A stretch of 64,000 bases of DNA from Candidatus Obscuribacterales bacterium (GCA_019750335.1 JAIEOQ010000012.1:13211-77210), one strand, 5' to 3'. Numbered from the stretch's first letter, positions 9,664 to 19,829 are shown. A program made the numbers and translations. Notes: generated from the sequence alone by a model not told the origin.

Positions 9664-10557
9664 ATGCAGATGGTTGAGATTTCGGCCTCAATGGTTAAGG
9701 ATCTGAGAGAAAAGTCCGGTGCCGCCATGATGGATTGCAAAAAAGCCCTGGTTGAAAGCCAAGGTGATTTTGAAAAAGCATTTGAGCTGCTCAGACAAAA
9801 AGGCATAGCTGCCGCTACTAAAAAAGCTACTCGTAGCGCTTCCGAAGGCTTGGTCGTCGGTAAAGTAAGTGAAGACGGCAAACGTGCTGCTTTGATCGAA
9901 GTTAATTGCGAAACTGATTTCGTGGCTCGTAACGAGCAGTTCCAAGCTTTTACCCAGAAACTTGTCGACATTGTTTTGAACAACAAAGTTAGTGACGTTG
10001 AAGCTTTGCTCAAGCAAAAGAACGGCTCAGGCACTGTTGCTGATCTGCTTACTGAAAATATAGCTACTATCGGTGAGAACCTGGTTATTCGTCGCGCCAG
10101 CTACCTAGAAAATACAGGCAACGGCTGCATCGGGCTTTATGTTCATGCACTCGGTGGCAAGATGGGTGCTTTGGTTTCGCTTTCGAGCAACAAAGAAGTT
10201 AACCCGGCTGATGTTTCTGCTCTGGCACGAGATATTGCCATGCATGTAGTTTCAGCTAAACCTCAATTCATCGATCGTAGCCAAATTCCAGCTGAAATTG
10301 TTGAAAACGAGCGTCGTATTGAATCCGGAAAAGAAGATTTGGCTAAGAAGCCGGCTGAAATCCGCGAGAAAATTGTTACCGGACGAGTCGACAAAATATT
10401 TGCCGAGCGTTGTTTGGTTGAACAACCATTCGTCAAAGATCCATCACAAAATGTCGGTCAGGTGCTTACGCTTAAAGATAAAGGTCTTGAGCTTAAGCCG
10501 GTTGCCTATACTCTCTTTATTCTTGGTGAAGCTGACGGCGAACCTGCCGCCAATTAA
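9664..10557 (+). CDS. tsf: translation elongation factor Ts
   Basis: It has the UBA-like N-terminus (VKDLREKSGAAMMDCKKALVES) and the block AALIEVNCETDFVARN. It follows rpsB, and GGAGGAG lies upstream. Confidence 0.95.
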   Translation: MQMVEISASMVKDLREKSGAAMMDCKKALVESQGDFEKAFELLRQKGIAAATKKATRSASEGLVVGKVSEDGKRAALIEVNCETDFVARNEQFQAFTQKLVDIVLNNKVSDVEALLKQKNGSGTVADLLTENIATIGENLVIRRASYLENTGNGCIGLYVHALGGKMGALVSLSSNKEVNPADVSALARDIAMHVVSAKPQFIDRSQIPAEIVENERRIESGKEDLAKKPAEIREKIVTGRVDKIFAERCLVEQPFVKDPSQNVGQVLTLKDKGLELKPVAYTLFILGEADGEPAAN

Positions 10558-10677
10558 ACCGGGTTTAAGACTGAGATATAGATCCAAATCCTTACCTGGA
10601 CTTATATGTCCTTAACGCCTGAAGAGACAAGAAGGCGCTATTATTCTCGTGGATAGATTAATAAGTAGCCGGAAACC

Positions 10678-11412
10678 ATGGTTGAGAATCTGAAATACCC
10701 GCGAATACTCTTGAAGTTAAGCGGCGAAGCGTTAATGGGTCGTGAGAAGTTTGGTATCGACCCTGATGTTATCGGCGGTATCGCCGATGAGATATGCAAA
10801 GCTCATAAACTCGGAGTGCAAATCGCTATCGTAGTTGGTGGCGGCAACATATTCCGTGGCGTTCAAGGGGCAAATTGGGGCATGGATAAAGCGGCTGCCG
10901 ATTATGTCGGAATGACAGCCACGATCATGAACGCTCTTATTTTGCAGGAAGTGCTCACGCAAAAAGGTGTGCCAACCAGAGTACAAACAGCCATTGCCAT
11001 GCCGGCGGTAGCTGAACCTTTTATTCGCTTGCGTGCCAAAAGACATTTGGACAAAGGACGCGTAGTAATTTTTGGCGGTGGTACAGGCAATCCTTACGTA
11101 ACAACGGATACGGCAGCAGCGCTTAGAGCAGCTGAGATTGAAGCCAGCGCTATTTTGATGGCTAAAAATAAGGTCGACGGTATATATGATGCCGATCCAC
11201 GTACTAATCCGGCTGCTAAAAGAATCGACCAGATTACTTTTGCTTCGTTAATGCAGCAAGGACTGAAAGTAATGGATCCGGCCGCTGTATCTTTGTGCGA
11301 GCAGAACGATATTCCAATTATTGTTTTTGATTTTGCACGGGCTGGAAGTATTGAAAGAATAATCACCGGCGAAAAAGTCGGAACACTTGTAGGCGCAGCT
11401 TTTGGGGGTTAA
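10678..11412 (+). CDS. pyrH: UMP kinase
   Basis: It contains RILLKLSGEAL, IAIVVGGGNIFRG and GTGNPYVTTDTAAALRA, which are canonical PyrH motifs. Confidence 0.95.
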   Translation: MVENLKYPRILLKLSGEALMGREKFGIDPDVIGGIADEICKAHKLGVQIAIVVGGGNIFRGVQGANWGMDKAAADYVGMTATIMNALILQEVLTQKGVPTRVQTAIAMPAVAEPFIRLRAKRHLDKGRVVIFGGGTGNPYVTTDTAAALRAAEIEASAILMAKNKVDGIYDADPRTNPAAKRIDQITFASLMQQGLKVMDPAAVSLCEQNDIPIIVFDFARAGSIERIITGEKVGTLVGAAFGG

Positions 11413-11414
11413 GT

Positions 11415-11972
11415 ATGTCCGGTACTGAGCTTATGTCCACAGCAGAAGATAAGATGAAAAAAGCGCTTGAAGCATTGAAGCGCGAATTTCAAACTGTTCG
11501 CACCGGTCGTGCTAATCCCGGCGCCCTGGATCGGGTGGAAGCTGAATATTACGGAACAATGACGCCGCTTAAGAGTCTTGCCAATATCACCGTACCGGAT
11601 GCTCGCACTCTTCTAATCTCGCCCTATGACAAAACGTCCTTGAAAGAGATCGAAAAAGCAATCACCAGTTGCGGTTTAGGCTTCACTCCTAACAATGACG
11701 GCAACGTCATTCGGATCATCATTCCGGCTTTGACCGAAGAACGGCGTAAAGAGATGACCAAGATCGTTCGTAAATATGGCGAAGAGGCGCGGGTGGCAAT
11801 TCGAAACATCCGTCGCGACGCTATGGATGAACTGAAAAAGCTCAAAGGTGCAGCGCTCTCCGAAGATGATTTCAAACGGCAGGAAGATTCTTTGCAGAAG
11901 CTTACCGATAAATATGTAAAAGAGGTCGACAAAATGACCAGCGATAAAGAAGCTGAAGTCATGGAGGTTTAG
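11415..11972 (+). CDS. frr: ribosome recycling factor
   Basis: The 185-aa protein shows typical Frr sequence (RTGRANPGALDRV...ITVPDARTLLISPYD...LTEERRKE). Confidence 0.95.
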   Translation: MSGTELMSTAEDKMKKALEALKREFQTVRTGRANPGALDRVEAEYYGTMTPLKSLANITVPDARTLLISPYDKTSLKEIEKAITSCGLGFTPNNDGNVIRIIIPALTEERRKEMTKIVRKYGEEARVAIRNIRRDAMDELKKLKGAALSEDDFKRQEDSLQKLTDKYVKEVDKMTSDKEAEVMEV

Positions 11973-11976
11973 TTCT

Positions 11977-13857
11977 ATGTGCGGAATTGTCGGATATCTT
12001 GGTCTTTCCAAAGCAGCACCGGTTCTACTTTCCGAGTTGCGTTGTTTGGAGTATCGCGGTTATGATTCGGCCGGCGTTGCTGTAATTGAAGACGGGCGCT
12101 TAGCTGTGATGAAAGCAGCCGGTAAGCTGGCCAATTTGGAAAGCTTGCTCAAAGATGTAGAACCGAAAGCAACCGTCGGTATCGGTCATACACGTTGGGC
12201 CACTCACGGTGTTCCTAACGATCAAAATGCTCATCCGCATACCGATTGCAGTTCGACTTTAGCGATCGTGCACAACGGTATCATCGAGAACTATCAAGAT
12301 CTGCGCAGTGAATTGATCGCTGCCGGACACGAATTCGCCTCCGAAACCGATACCGAAGTTGTCGCCCATTTAATTGAAGATGAACTGAAAAAGCACGGCG
12401 AAGATCTGCTGACGGCTATTCGTTTTGCCGTGCAACGTTTAAGAGGCGCTTACGCACTGGGAATAGTTAGCCAGAAGCATCCGGAAAAAATATTTGCCGT
12501 CAACCATCATTATTCACTGGCTGTTGGCCTTGGTGATGACGAAAGTTTCCTTGCTTCTGACAGTATTGCCGTATGCCAATACACGAATAAAGTGTTGCGT
12601 CTTGAACAAAGCGAAATAGCCGAAATCACCCAGAAAGGTGTTCGTTTGTTCTCCTTTGCCGGTGATGAAGTTACTCGTTTGCCGATCTCCATGGACAGCG
12701 TGCAGTTTGTGATCGACAAACAAGGGCACAAACACTTTTTGATGAAAGAGATTCACGAGCAGCCGCTAGTGTTGCGCCAAACCATCGGCAAATATTTGCT
12801 TGATCCGCGCAAGCCGATTGATTTTTCTACAGCTCATCGTGCCTCAACAAGTAAGAACGGTGTCTCTTATGGTGTTAACTTAACACCAGCTGAAATAGCC
12901 AAAGTCGAGCGGATCAAAGTGGTGGCATGTGGCACCTCCTATCATGCCGGCTTAGTCGGAAAATATGTCATTGAAGAACTTTGTGGCATTCCGGTTGATG
13001 TAGAAACCGCATCAGAAGCCAGAAGCCGTCGTTTGCTCGTTGACGATCGCACTTTGACAATTGCCGTCAGTCAATCAGGTGAAACTGCCGATACACTTGC
13101 TGCTGTCGAAGAAGCTAAAGCTAAAGGTTCCATCGCTCTTGGTATAACCAACCGTCCTGATTCACATCTCGGACTTGTTTGCCCGCATTTAGTTGTCACC
13201 GAATGTGGTATTGAAGTTTCGGTGGCGGCCACTAAGACTTTCACTGCCCAAGTCACCTGTTTCTATTTATTGGCTCTCTATCTTGCCGAACAAAAGAAAC
13301 TTTTGAGCGCCGAAAAACTGTTTGAACTGAAGGCGGAATTACTTAAGTGTCCGGCTTTGATTGAACGTGTACTGTCCAATCAAGAAGACATCCGTCTGAA
13401 GTCGGTTCGTTATGCCGAATCTCCGGATATGATGTTCATGGGGCGAGGTTTGCATTTCCCGGTTGCACTTGAGGGTGCGCTCAAGCTCAAAGAATTGAGC
13501 TATATTCACGCCTCAGGTTACGCTGCCGGCGAACTGAAACACGGACCGATTGCCGTGCTTGACTCAAGAGTACCGGTTGTAACCATGCTTGTGCCTGGTT
13601 CGGTCTATGAAAAAACAATCTCCAACGCTCAAGAAGTAAGGGCAAGACACGCCAAAATGATTGCCGTTGCTTGCGAAGGCGATGAGCTGGCTAAAAAGAC
13701 TTTCGAGACGATATTCTTTATTCCGCCTGTAAGCGAGTTCTTCAGCCCGATAGTTAGCGTTGTGCCTCTGCAGCTGATGTCTTATTACATCGCCGATTAT
13801 CTTGGCAAAGATGTGGACCAGCCGCGTAATCTGGCTAAATCAGTTACAGTCGAATAA
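11977..13857 (+). CDS. glmS: glutamine--fructose-6-phosphate aminotransferase
   Basis: It has the N-terminal nucleophile MCGIVGY, two SIS domains and the C-terminus KSVTVE. Confidence 0.95.
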   Translation: MCGIVGYLGLSKAAPVLLSELRCLEYRGYDSAGVAVIEDGRLAVMKAAGKLANLESLLKDVEPKATVGIGHTRWATHGVPNDQNAHPHTDCSSTLAIVHNGIIENYQDLRSELIAAGHEFASETDTEVVAHLIEDELKKHGEDLLTAIRFAVQRLRGAYALGIVSQKHPEKIFAVNHHYSLAVGLGDDESFLASDSIAVCQYTNKVLRLEQSEIAEITQKGVRLFSFAGDEVTRLPISMDSVQFVIDKQGHKHFLMKEIHEQPLVLRQTIGKYLLDPRKPIDFSTAHRASTSKNGVSYGVNLTPAEIAKVERIKVVACGTSYHAGLVGKYVIEELCGIPVDVETASEARSRRLLVDDRTLTIAVSQSGETADTLAAVEEAKAKGSIALGITNRPDSHLGLVCPHLVVTECGIEVSVAATKTFTAQVTCFYLLALYLAEQKKLLSAEKLFELKAELLKCPALIERVLSNQEDIRLKSVRYAESPDMMFMGRGLHFPVALEGALKLKELSYIHASGYAAGELKHGPIAVLDSRVPVVTMLVPGSVYEKTISNAQEVRARHAKMIAVACEGDELAKKTFETIFFIPPVSEFFSPIVSVVPLQLMSYYIADYLGKDVDQPRNLAKSVTVE

Positions 13858-13858
13858 A

Positions 13859-16105
13859 TTACATTGCCGCCGGCTGCGGTGTGCTATCAGCTAATGGTGA
13901 ACTGCCCGGTTGTTCTTCGACAATCTTCGGTGTAATCATCAAGATTAGCTCAGTTCTGGTTCGACCTTTGACCGTGCTGCGGAAAAGCGCGCCAAATAGT
14001 GGCGTTTCAGCTAGATAAGGCACTTTACTTATTTGTGATACTTCTTGCTCGGTAAACAAGCCGCCTAAGGACAAAGTCTGCCCGTCTTTGACTCTTATCT
14101 CTTGAGCCATGATTTCACGGATATTCAAAAGGGTAACGATTACTTGTTCGTTGGCAAATGTTTGACGTGGACCTGCCGGCGCTGAAACTTGCGGACGGAT
14201 GCGTAAAGTGATGAAGCCGTCTTCGGTAATGCGCGGCATTACGTCAAGGAAAATACCGGCCTTAGTTAACTCGACGTTGACGTTAGTGACACCCAAGCTG
14301 ACTGTTGATGTTACTTTGTGAATAACTTCAGTAGCTAATGTAACCAAGGCTTCCGTATTGTCGCTGACGACTACACTCGGATTGGCCAGCAGTTTTGCTT
14401 TATCGGTTTGCAGAAGCAGATCGACTGAAAGGTTGAGACCGGCCGGCACTGTGGCGATGTTTGCCCGACCGCCGGCGCTCTTGCCTAAGGTCAAGAAATT
14501 GAAAGCGCTCCGTGAGTTTTGTACCGGGGCTATTCCAGCTACGTTAGGTAAAACTGAAGCCGGGAAAAAATTACCAAGCAAACCGTTAAAGCCGGTGGAT
14601 GGTGCAATGGCTGTGTTAGGCGTCGGTAAGTTGTTGGTCGTGGTACCGGTTCTGGTAAATGAGGTCAGAGCCGGCGGCAAAATCGAACCGGCGAACTCCT
14701 GAACGATAGTTTGAGTGGTTTGGGTACCGTCGCTGCCTAAACCAGGGAGCATATTGATCAGCGGTGCGCCGCTACCACCAAGGACAGTACCGGACATGCC
14801 TTGTCCTTGCAAATTAAGGTGGGCTCCGAGTTGACGAATACCGGAGTTGGTCAACTCCACAAGCGAAACTTGGATATGCACTTGTCGGGGGCGTCTATCT
14901 AAAAGACGGATACATTCTTCGGCAACTTGTAAATCATCCGGGGTGCCGATTACGATTACTTGGCGATTGCGCGCGTCAGGTACGGCAATAGCACCGCCGC
15001 CGTTTTGTTCGACGATATAGTCCGTATTGATGTCCTGGTAGGCACGAATTTGTTGAGTACCAGGATCTTGGGCGGCATTGTTGAAGCCGGTTCCTTCCTG
15101 AACCTGTGTACGTTGGGTTCCTTTTAAATTACGCTGAGTGTCTATGCGTGTAGAGAAAGAATAGTCAGTGCCGGTATCAACTTCTTCTTTTGATTCTCTA
15201 ACTAAAGATCTCTCTTCGCGAGCATCGGCCTTAACACCGGCTGCATCTTTTTCTACACGTTCCTGAGTCCCGATTTTAGGATTTTCCATTGAATTGTTTG
15301 AGCTGCGAGTTTTAACTGAGCTTTGGAAATCAGGAAGAATGCCGCGGTTAAAAACAGATGTATGGAGCAGATTGGCTACTTCAAAAGCCGAAGCATAGCT
15401 AAGCTTAAAAACGCGAGCCATCTGTCTGTTCAGACCAAGAGAGGTCATGGCGTTAGGGGTGCCGACGATGACAGTGTTGTTGTCGAGGACACGACTTTGC
15501 AGTCCGGCCGAAGCAAGAATGCTATCCATCGCTTCGTTTAAAGTGACATCATGAAGATCGCCTGTCACTTTGCCGACAACCGATTTGTCAAGCAAAATAT
15601 TCAAATTGCCGCGGCGGGCCAACTCACCGATAACTTCGCGTACATTTGTATCGCGGAAACTCAAATTATGAATAAGCTCTTCGCGAGCGAACAGTTTGAA
15701 TTGCTTGCGGATATTGACGGTACCGCGAGTAATCGGCAGTTTATTGTAAGCCGGATCGAGACGCTTCATCACCGAGCCGCCCTGAGCTTGGGCTATGGCT
15801 GTCGGATCCGTCGGTTCGGATTCAAGATTGCTTGGTGTCGCTTCTTCACTTGCCGGTGAAACTTGGGCAAGTTTTTTGCTGTCATCGGCACCTTGGTTAG
15901 GCGTAAACTTTAAGTTAGCAGTGCCATCGCTCGTGGTGTTAGTATCAGCGGCGGAGGCAGTGGCTTGCTCAGGCGCCGGGCTCGTATCTTGGCACCAGGC
16001 CGCTGTTTGCCCGGATATAAAGAGGGTAAGAGCAAGCAAGGCGGAGATCTTTTCTCTTACAAAAACGCTCGGTTTTGAGCGTGTCATCCGCGGTCCCTCT
16101 TTCAT
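13859..16105 (-). CDS. PilQ-family secretin (type IV pilus / type II-like outer-membrane channel)
   Basis: It has a signal peptide, a low-complexity Ser/Thr/Ala/Pro region, and an N0-like block (SFRDTNVREVIGELARRGNLNILLDKSVVGKVTGDLHDVTLNEAMDSIL). The C-terminal secretin domain ends in VPYLAETPLFGALFRS...TELILMITPKIV. Confidence 0.8.
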   Translation of the reverse strand: MKEGPRMTRSKPSVFVREKISALLALTLFISGQTAAWCQDTSPAPEQATASAADTNTTSDGTANLKFTPNQGADDSKKLAQVSPASEEATPSNLESEPTDPTAIAQAQGGSVMKRLDPAYNKLPITRGTVNIRKQFKLFAREELIHNLSFRDTNVREVIGELARRGNLNILLDKSVVGKVTGDLHDVTLNEAMDSILASAGLQSRVLDNNTVIVGTPNAMTSLGLNRQMARVFKLSYASAFEVANLLHTSVFNRGILPDFQSSVKTRSSNNSMENPKIGTQERVEKDAAGVKADAREERSLVRESKEEVDTGTDYSFSTRIDTQRNLKGTQRTQVQEGTGFNNAAQDPGTQQIRAYQDINTDYIVEQNGGGAIAVPDARNRQVIVIGTPDDLQVAEECIRLLDRRPRQVHIQVSLVELTNSGIRQLGAHLNLQGQGMSGTVLGGSGAPLINMLPGLGSDGTQTTQTIVQEFAGSILPPALTSFTRTGTTTNNLPTPNTAIAPSTGFNGLLGNFFPASVLPNVAGIAPVQNSRSAFNFLTLGKSAGGRANIATVPAGLNLSVDLLLQTDKAKLLANPSVVVSDNTEALVTLATEVIHKVTSTVSLGVTNVNVELTKAGIFLDVMPRITEDGFITLRIRPQVSAPAGPRQTFANEQVIVTLLNIREIMAQEIRVKDGQTLSLGGLFTEQEVSQISKVPYLAETPLFGALFRSTVKGRTRTELILMITPKIVEEQPGSSPLADSTPQPAAM

Positions 16106-16255
16106 TTGAATAATTGATTAACCGAATTTATTTTACACTCTTCGTCTTAAATTGCAATTATCTGGACACTAGAAACCTTGTCAGCATGCACTAAAGCTAT
16201 ATCGAAAAGACATATCTGCTGGATCGAAAATATATTGATACTGCTGATGGTGTTC

Positions 16256-17338
16256 TTATTTACCGCTGTACAATCGGTGGATTGCTACTTCAAGATTGTT
16301 TCGCGCTTCTGTCGAATTCGGATTCAATCTGAGTGAGAAACGATATTCGCTGACGGCGCCGACAATCTCTCCTGAAGTGTAGAGGGCAAAACCAAGATCG
16401 TTATGGGCGTTTGAGTTAAGCGGGTCGAGTAAAACCGCCTGCTTAAACTCCTGTGTCGCCTTTGTTAATTCGCCGCTTTGAAACAGGCAGCGACCGAGGA
16501 TCAGATGGCTGTCGGGCGAATTTGGACTTAAGAGCGCGGCCTGACGAGCGGTACGCATGGCCGTTTGTTTATCGCCTGCTCTCAAAAGAGCGTTGCTTAA
16601 GGCAATTTGCGCTCTTGAAAGTCCGGCATCAAGAGATACGGCTTGTCGTGCCGCTTGCATCGCTCCAAGCGGATCTCCTGCAGCTAGAAGAGATTCGGAA
16701 AGTGATGACAATGCTTCGGCTGATTGATTGAGAGCAATGGAGCGTCGGTATTCATTGATCGCTTCGTTCAAGTTGCCCCCGTGAACCAAAGATTCTCCGA
16801 AAATAAAATGAATATCGGCCGAGTTAGGATTGAGTTCGAGCGCTCTTCTGAAATGCTGGAGCGCTTCCATGTGCATACCGTTAAATTCCAGCACTTTGCC
16901 GAGCTGGGTATGAATGGCCGGGCTTTGCGGATTAAGGTTGAGAGCGGTATTTAGTTCTCCGGCAGCACCTTTTAAATCGCCGAGCATATACAAATAAGTT
17001 CCGCACTTATAACGTAAAAAAGCATCTTGCGGCGAATCAGTAATTTGACGCCGCGTTTTGATAATCATTTCGCCCAGTTGCTTTAAATCACAAGGTTGCT
17101 TGTCCAGCAAAAGGAGTTTTATGTATTCCTGATCATGGGTGGTATTGCCAACGGTGCTGACAGCGGTGGTTGTCGTTTCCGCGTCTTTGACAAAGCTGGT
17201 CTTGGAAACCTGCGGTGTTGCTCTCTTGACCTCCGGCGCTTTGCTTTTGCCCGAGACAGTCGTACCGGCAAAGACCGGACAGGTATATGATAAGTACAAT
17301 CCTAAAGCCAGTGCTTTTAGACGACGATAGTTGAACAT
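16256..17338 (-). CDS. secreted TPR-repeat protein (possible secretin pilotin or assembly factor)
   Basis: It contains many 34-aa TPR units (for example AEALSSLSESLLAAGDPLGAMQAARQAVSLD). I moved the start to the ATG at 17338, giving the signal peptide MFNYRRLKALALGLYLSYTCPVFAG and removing the overlap with hemW. Confidence 0.7.
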   Translation of the reverse strand: MFNYRRLKALALGLYLSYTCPVFAGTTVSGKSKAPEVKRATPQVSKTSFVKDAETTTTAVSTVGNTTHDQEYIKLLLLDKQPCDLKQLGEMIIKTRRQITDSPQDAFLRYKCGTYLYMLGDLKGAAGELNTALNLNPQSPAIHTQLGKVLEFNGMHMEALQHFRRALELNPNSADIHFIFGESLVHGGNLNEAINEYRRSIALNQSAEALSSLSESLLAAGDPLGAMQAARQAVSLDAGLSRAQIALSNALLRAGDKQTAMRTARQAALLSPNSPDSHLILGRCLFQSGELTKATQEFKQAVLLDPLNSNAHNDLGFALYTSGEIVGAVSEYRFSLRLNPNSTEARNNLEVAIHRLYSGK

Positions 17339-17373
17339 GCCGGCATAAACTCCAAGCGTGAACGCGAGAAAAG

Positions 17374-18495
17374 ATGGCTGAATCCGCCTACATACATATA
17401 CCATTTTGCGCCCATAAGTGCGATTTCTGTGATTTCGCCGCTTTTGCCGGACTGGATGATTTGGCTCTTGAATATTGCCAAGTTGTTGCTGCTGAGATTA
17501 AGGAACGGAACCGGAGCAAGCCTAACGCCGCCCCTTTGCGTACTTTGTTTTATGGCGGCGGTACTCCCGGCTATATCGCACCTTCTACCTTGAAAGTTGT
17601 TCATGATGCTGTCCGTGAGGAGATCGGATTAATTGACGGGGCTGAAGTTACTCTGGAAACTACGCCTAAAAGCGTCACTGCTGAAAAAGCCGAACAATGG
17701 CTTTCTATGGGAATTAATCGTATTTCTATCGGCGTTGAGTCCATGCAGGATCATGAACTCCAGGCTATGGGTCGAGAGCACAAACGTGAGGAATGTATTG
17801 CTGGTATTAATGCCGCCAGATTAGGCGGTTATGAAAATATCGCTTTTGATCTGATGTACGGCTTGCCGGAGCAAACTTTGGAATCTTGGCAGGAAACTCT
17901 GGAATCTTTGCTTGCGCTTAAGCCCAAACATTTATCGGCTTATGGGCTGACGATCGCCCAAAATTCACCTTTGCTTTTGCGTTATCCCAAAGATTCACCA
18001 AGTTACCCCAATGAAGATACTTTTGTTCAGATGTATGAAACTCTGGTTAGCACATGTGCAGCTTACGGTTTAGAGCAATACGAAATAGCTAACTTTGCCA
18101 TTCCCGGTTATGAAAGCCGGCACAATTTGACTTATTGGCGTAATCATCCGTATTTAGCTTTCGGTGTCAGTGCTCATCGTTATGTGGATGGTGTGCGCAG
18201 CTCCAACTTTCGTTCCTTGAAGCATTACATGCGCGATTATTTAGGCGATGAAACTCGGGAAGAGATAGATCACTTGTTGCGAATGAAAGAAGGGATTATG
18301 CTCGGTTTAAGATTGAGAAAAGGGATCGATCTTGAGGAGTTTACGCGTACTTACAATGTAAACATTGAAGAGCGATACGCTCAGCAGTTGCATGAACTTT
18401 CAGCTGGAAATTTCATTGAGCTTGAGGGTAAATTTCTGCGCTTAAGTCAAAAGGGCGTGCTCGTAAGCAATACTGTGCTTACGGAATTCATTTGA
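17374..18495 (+). CDS. hemW: radical SAM haem chaperone HemW (oxygen-independent coproporphyrinogen oxidase-like)
   Basis: It has YIHIPFCAHKCDFCDF (CxxxCxxC) followed by an HemN_C-like tail. Its 373-aa length fits HemW rather than HemN. Confidence 0.85.
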   Translation: MAESAYIHIPFCAHKCDFCDFAAFAGLDDLALEYCQVVAAEIKERNRSKPNAAPLRTLFYGGGTPGYIAPSTLKVVHDAVREEIGLIDGAEVTLETTPKSVTAEKAEQWLSMGINRISIGVESMQDHELQAMGREHKREECIAGINAARLGGYENIAFDLMYGLPEQTLESWQETLESLLALKPKHLSAYGLTIAQNSPLLLRYPKDSPSYPNEDTFVQMYETLVSTCAAYGLEQYEIANFAIPGYESRHNLTYWRNHPYLAFGVSAHRYVDGVRSSNFRSLKHYMRDYLGDETREEIDHLLRMKEGIMLGLRLRKGIDLEEFTRTYNVNIEERYAQQLHELSAGNFIELEGKFLRLSQKGVLVSNTVLTEFI

Positions 18496-18531
18496 AGTTT
18501 GAGCGGAGACGGTTAAGGGTATTGTTTAGCA

Positions 18532-19821
18532 ATGGATGATAACGATCTAGAGATGAGGATTGAGGCCGATCCCCTGATCGGTCAGACACTTGCTGGTTGT
18601 TATCAAATAATTTCGGTGCTCGGACGCGGCGGTATGGGCGTTGTTTATCATGCTAAACATACCGAGCATGAACGATCCGTCGCCGTAAAAACTTTGCTCT
18701 TAAATAAAGCTGCCGACCACGAAGTGATTAAACGCTTCCAGTTGGAGGCAAAAGCCGTATCGGCTGTGCGAAATCAACACACGGTCAATCTTTACGATTT
18801 CGGTGTCAACCAAGATGGTCAGCCTTTTCTGGTGATGGAGCTTTTGGAAGGTACGAGCTTACGTCAAATCCTCAATGAAGAAAAAGCGTTTAGTCTCGCG
18901 CGCTTCAGTAACATTTTTCAGCAAATAGCTGAAGCGTTGGCTTGCGCTCATGAAGCCGGAGTTAACCATCGAGATTTGAAGCCCGAGAATATAATGCTGA
19001 CAAAGCAATCCGGTTATTCTGATTGGGTATATGTGCTTGATTTCGGCATTGCTAGCATGGTCGATACTGCCGGCACTGATTTCGGGGGCAATGAAAAATT
19101 ACGTTTGCAGATTGCCGGTAGCCCGCCGTACATGAGCCCTGAGCAATGTACGCGTCAAGCTTGCGATCACCGAAGCGACATCTATTCACTTGCTGTTCTC
19201 TCTTTTGAAGCGCTCTCCGGACGGTTTCCTTTTAAAGCTAAGACAGCTTTTGAAATAATCGATTGCCATATTTCCAAGCCCCCATTCTTATTAAAGGATA
19301 TGGGCGGTAACTGCGGCACTTATGAATCGGTAAGCCAAGTTTTAAGCCGAGCTTTGGCAAAAAACCCGGAAAAACGCTATCAATCGATTAGTGAATTTGC
19401 CGGTGAATTTAGTGCTGCTGTTGCTCGCGATAATATGCGCGCACCGGCTTTGAAAGACAGGCTTGATTTTGAACCCCAAGGAACAGCAAGCAAGTATCAA
19501 GTCGCTGTTTGTCCCCATTGTGACGCACTGACGAAAGAGAATGTTTCTCTCTGCTTAAGTTGCGGCCGAAGTTTGGCTTCAATCAATGATTTCAGTAAAA
19601 TCAGAGCAGCTAAAGGTGATTTTAGTTTACCGCGCTATCAAGAACGCGGTAATACAACAAACAAGGGTTTCAATCAGAAAACACGTGCGGCAATGGTCGG
19701 CTCCGGACGAATAGGAAACCGAGTTTCCGCCCTGGTGGTTATTTGTCTGGTTCTATTGATTTGCGTTTTCTTCGCTGCCGGCGGTTTGCAAATTCTAAAA
19801 AATCTATTTGCCGCGCACTGA
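18532..19821 (+). CDS. Hanks-type Ser/Thr protein kinase with a zinc ribbon and a C-terminal TM anchor
   Basis: It contains GRGGMGVVY, VAVKTL, HRDLKPENIM, DFG and PPYMSPE. These are followed by CPHCD...CLSCG and the hydrophobic tail VSALVVICLVLLICVFFAAGG. Confidence 0.85.
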   Translation: MDDNDLEMRIEADPLIGQTLAGCYQIISVLGRGGMGVVYHAKHTEHERSVAVKTLLLNKAADHEVIKRFQLEAKAVSAVRNQHTVNLYDFGVNQDGQPFLVMELLEGTSLRQILNEEKAFSLARFSNIFQQIAEALACAHEAGVNHRDLKPENIMLTKQSGYSDWVYVLDFGIASMVDTAGTDFGGNEKLRLQIAGSPPYMSPEQCTRQACDHRSDIYSLAVLSFEALSGRFPFKAKTAFEIIDCHISKPPFLLKDMGGNCGTYESVSQVLSRALAKNPEKRYQSISEFAGEFSAAVARDNMRAPALKDRLDFEPQGTASKYQVAVCPHCDALTKENVSLCLSCGRSLASINDFSKIRAAKGDFSLPRYQERGNTTNKGFNQKTRAAMVGSGRIGNRVSALVVICLVLLICVFFAAGGLQILKNLFAAH

Positions 19822-19829
19822 ATATGGTG

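Noticed and set aside
11973-11976. I looked for a glmS ribozyme or riboswitch upstream of glmS.
   Set aside because: Only 4 nt separate the frr stop from the glmS ATG, so no structured leader can exist.
16256-17404. The long form of the TPR gene overlaps the hemW start by 31 nt.
   Set aside because: The internal ATG at 17338 yields a proper signal peptide and removes the divergent overlap. The extra 22 residues look non-native.
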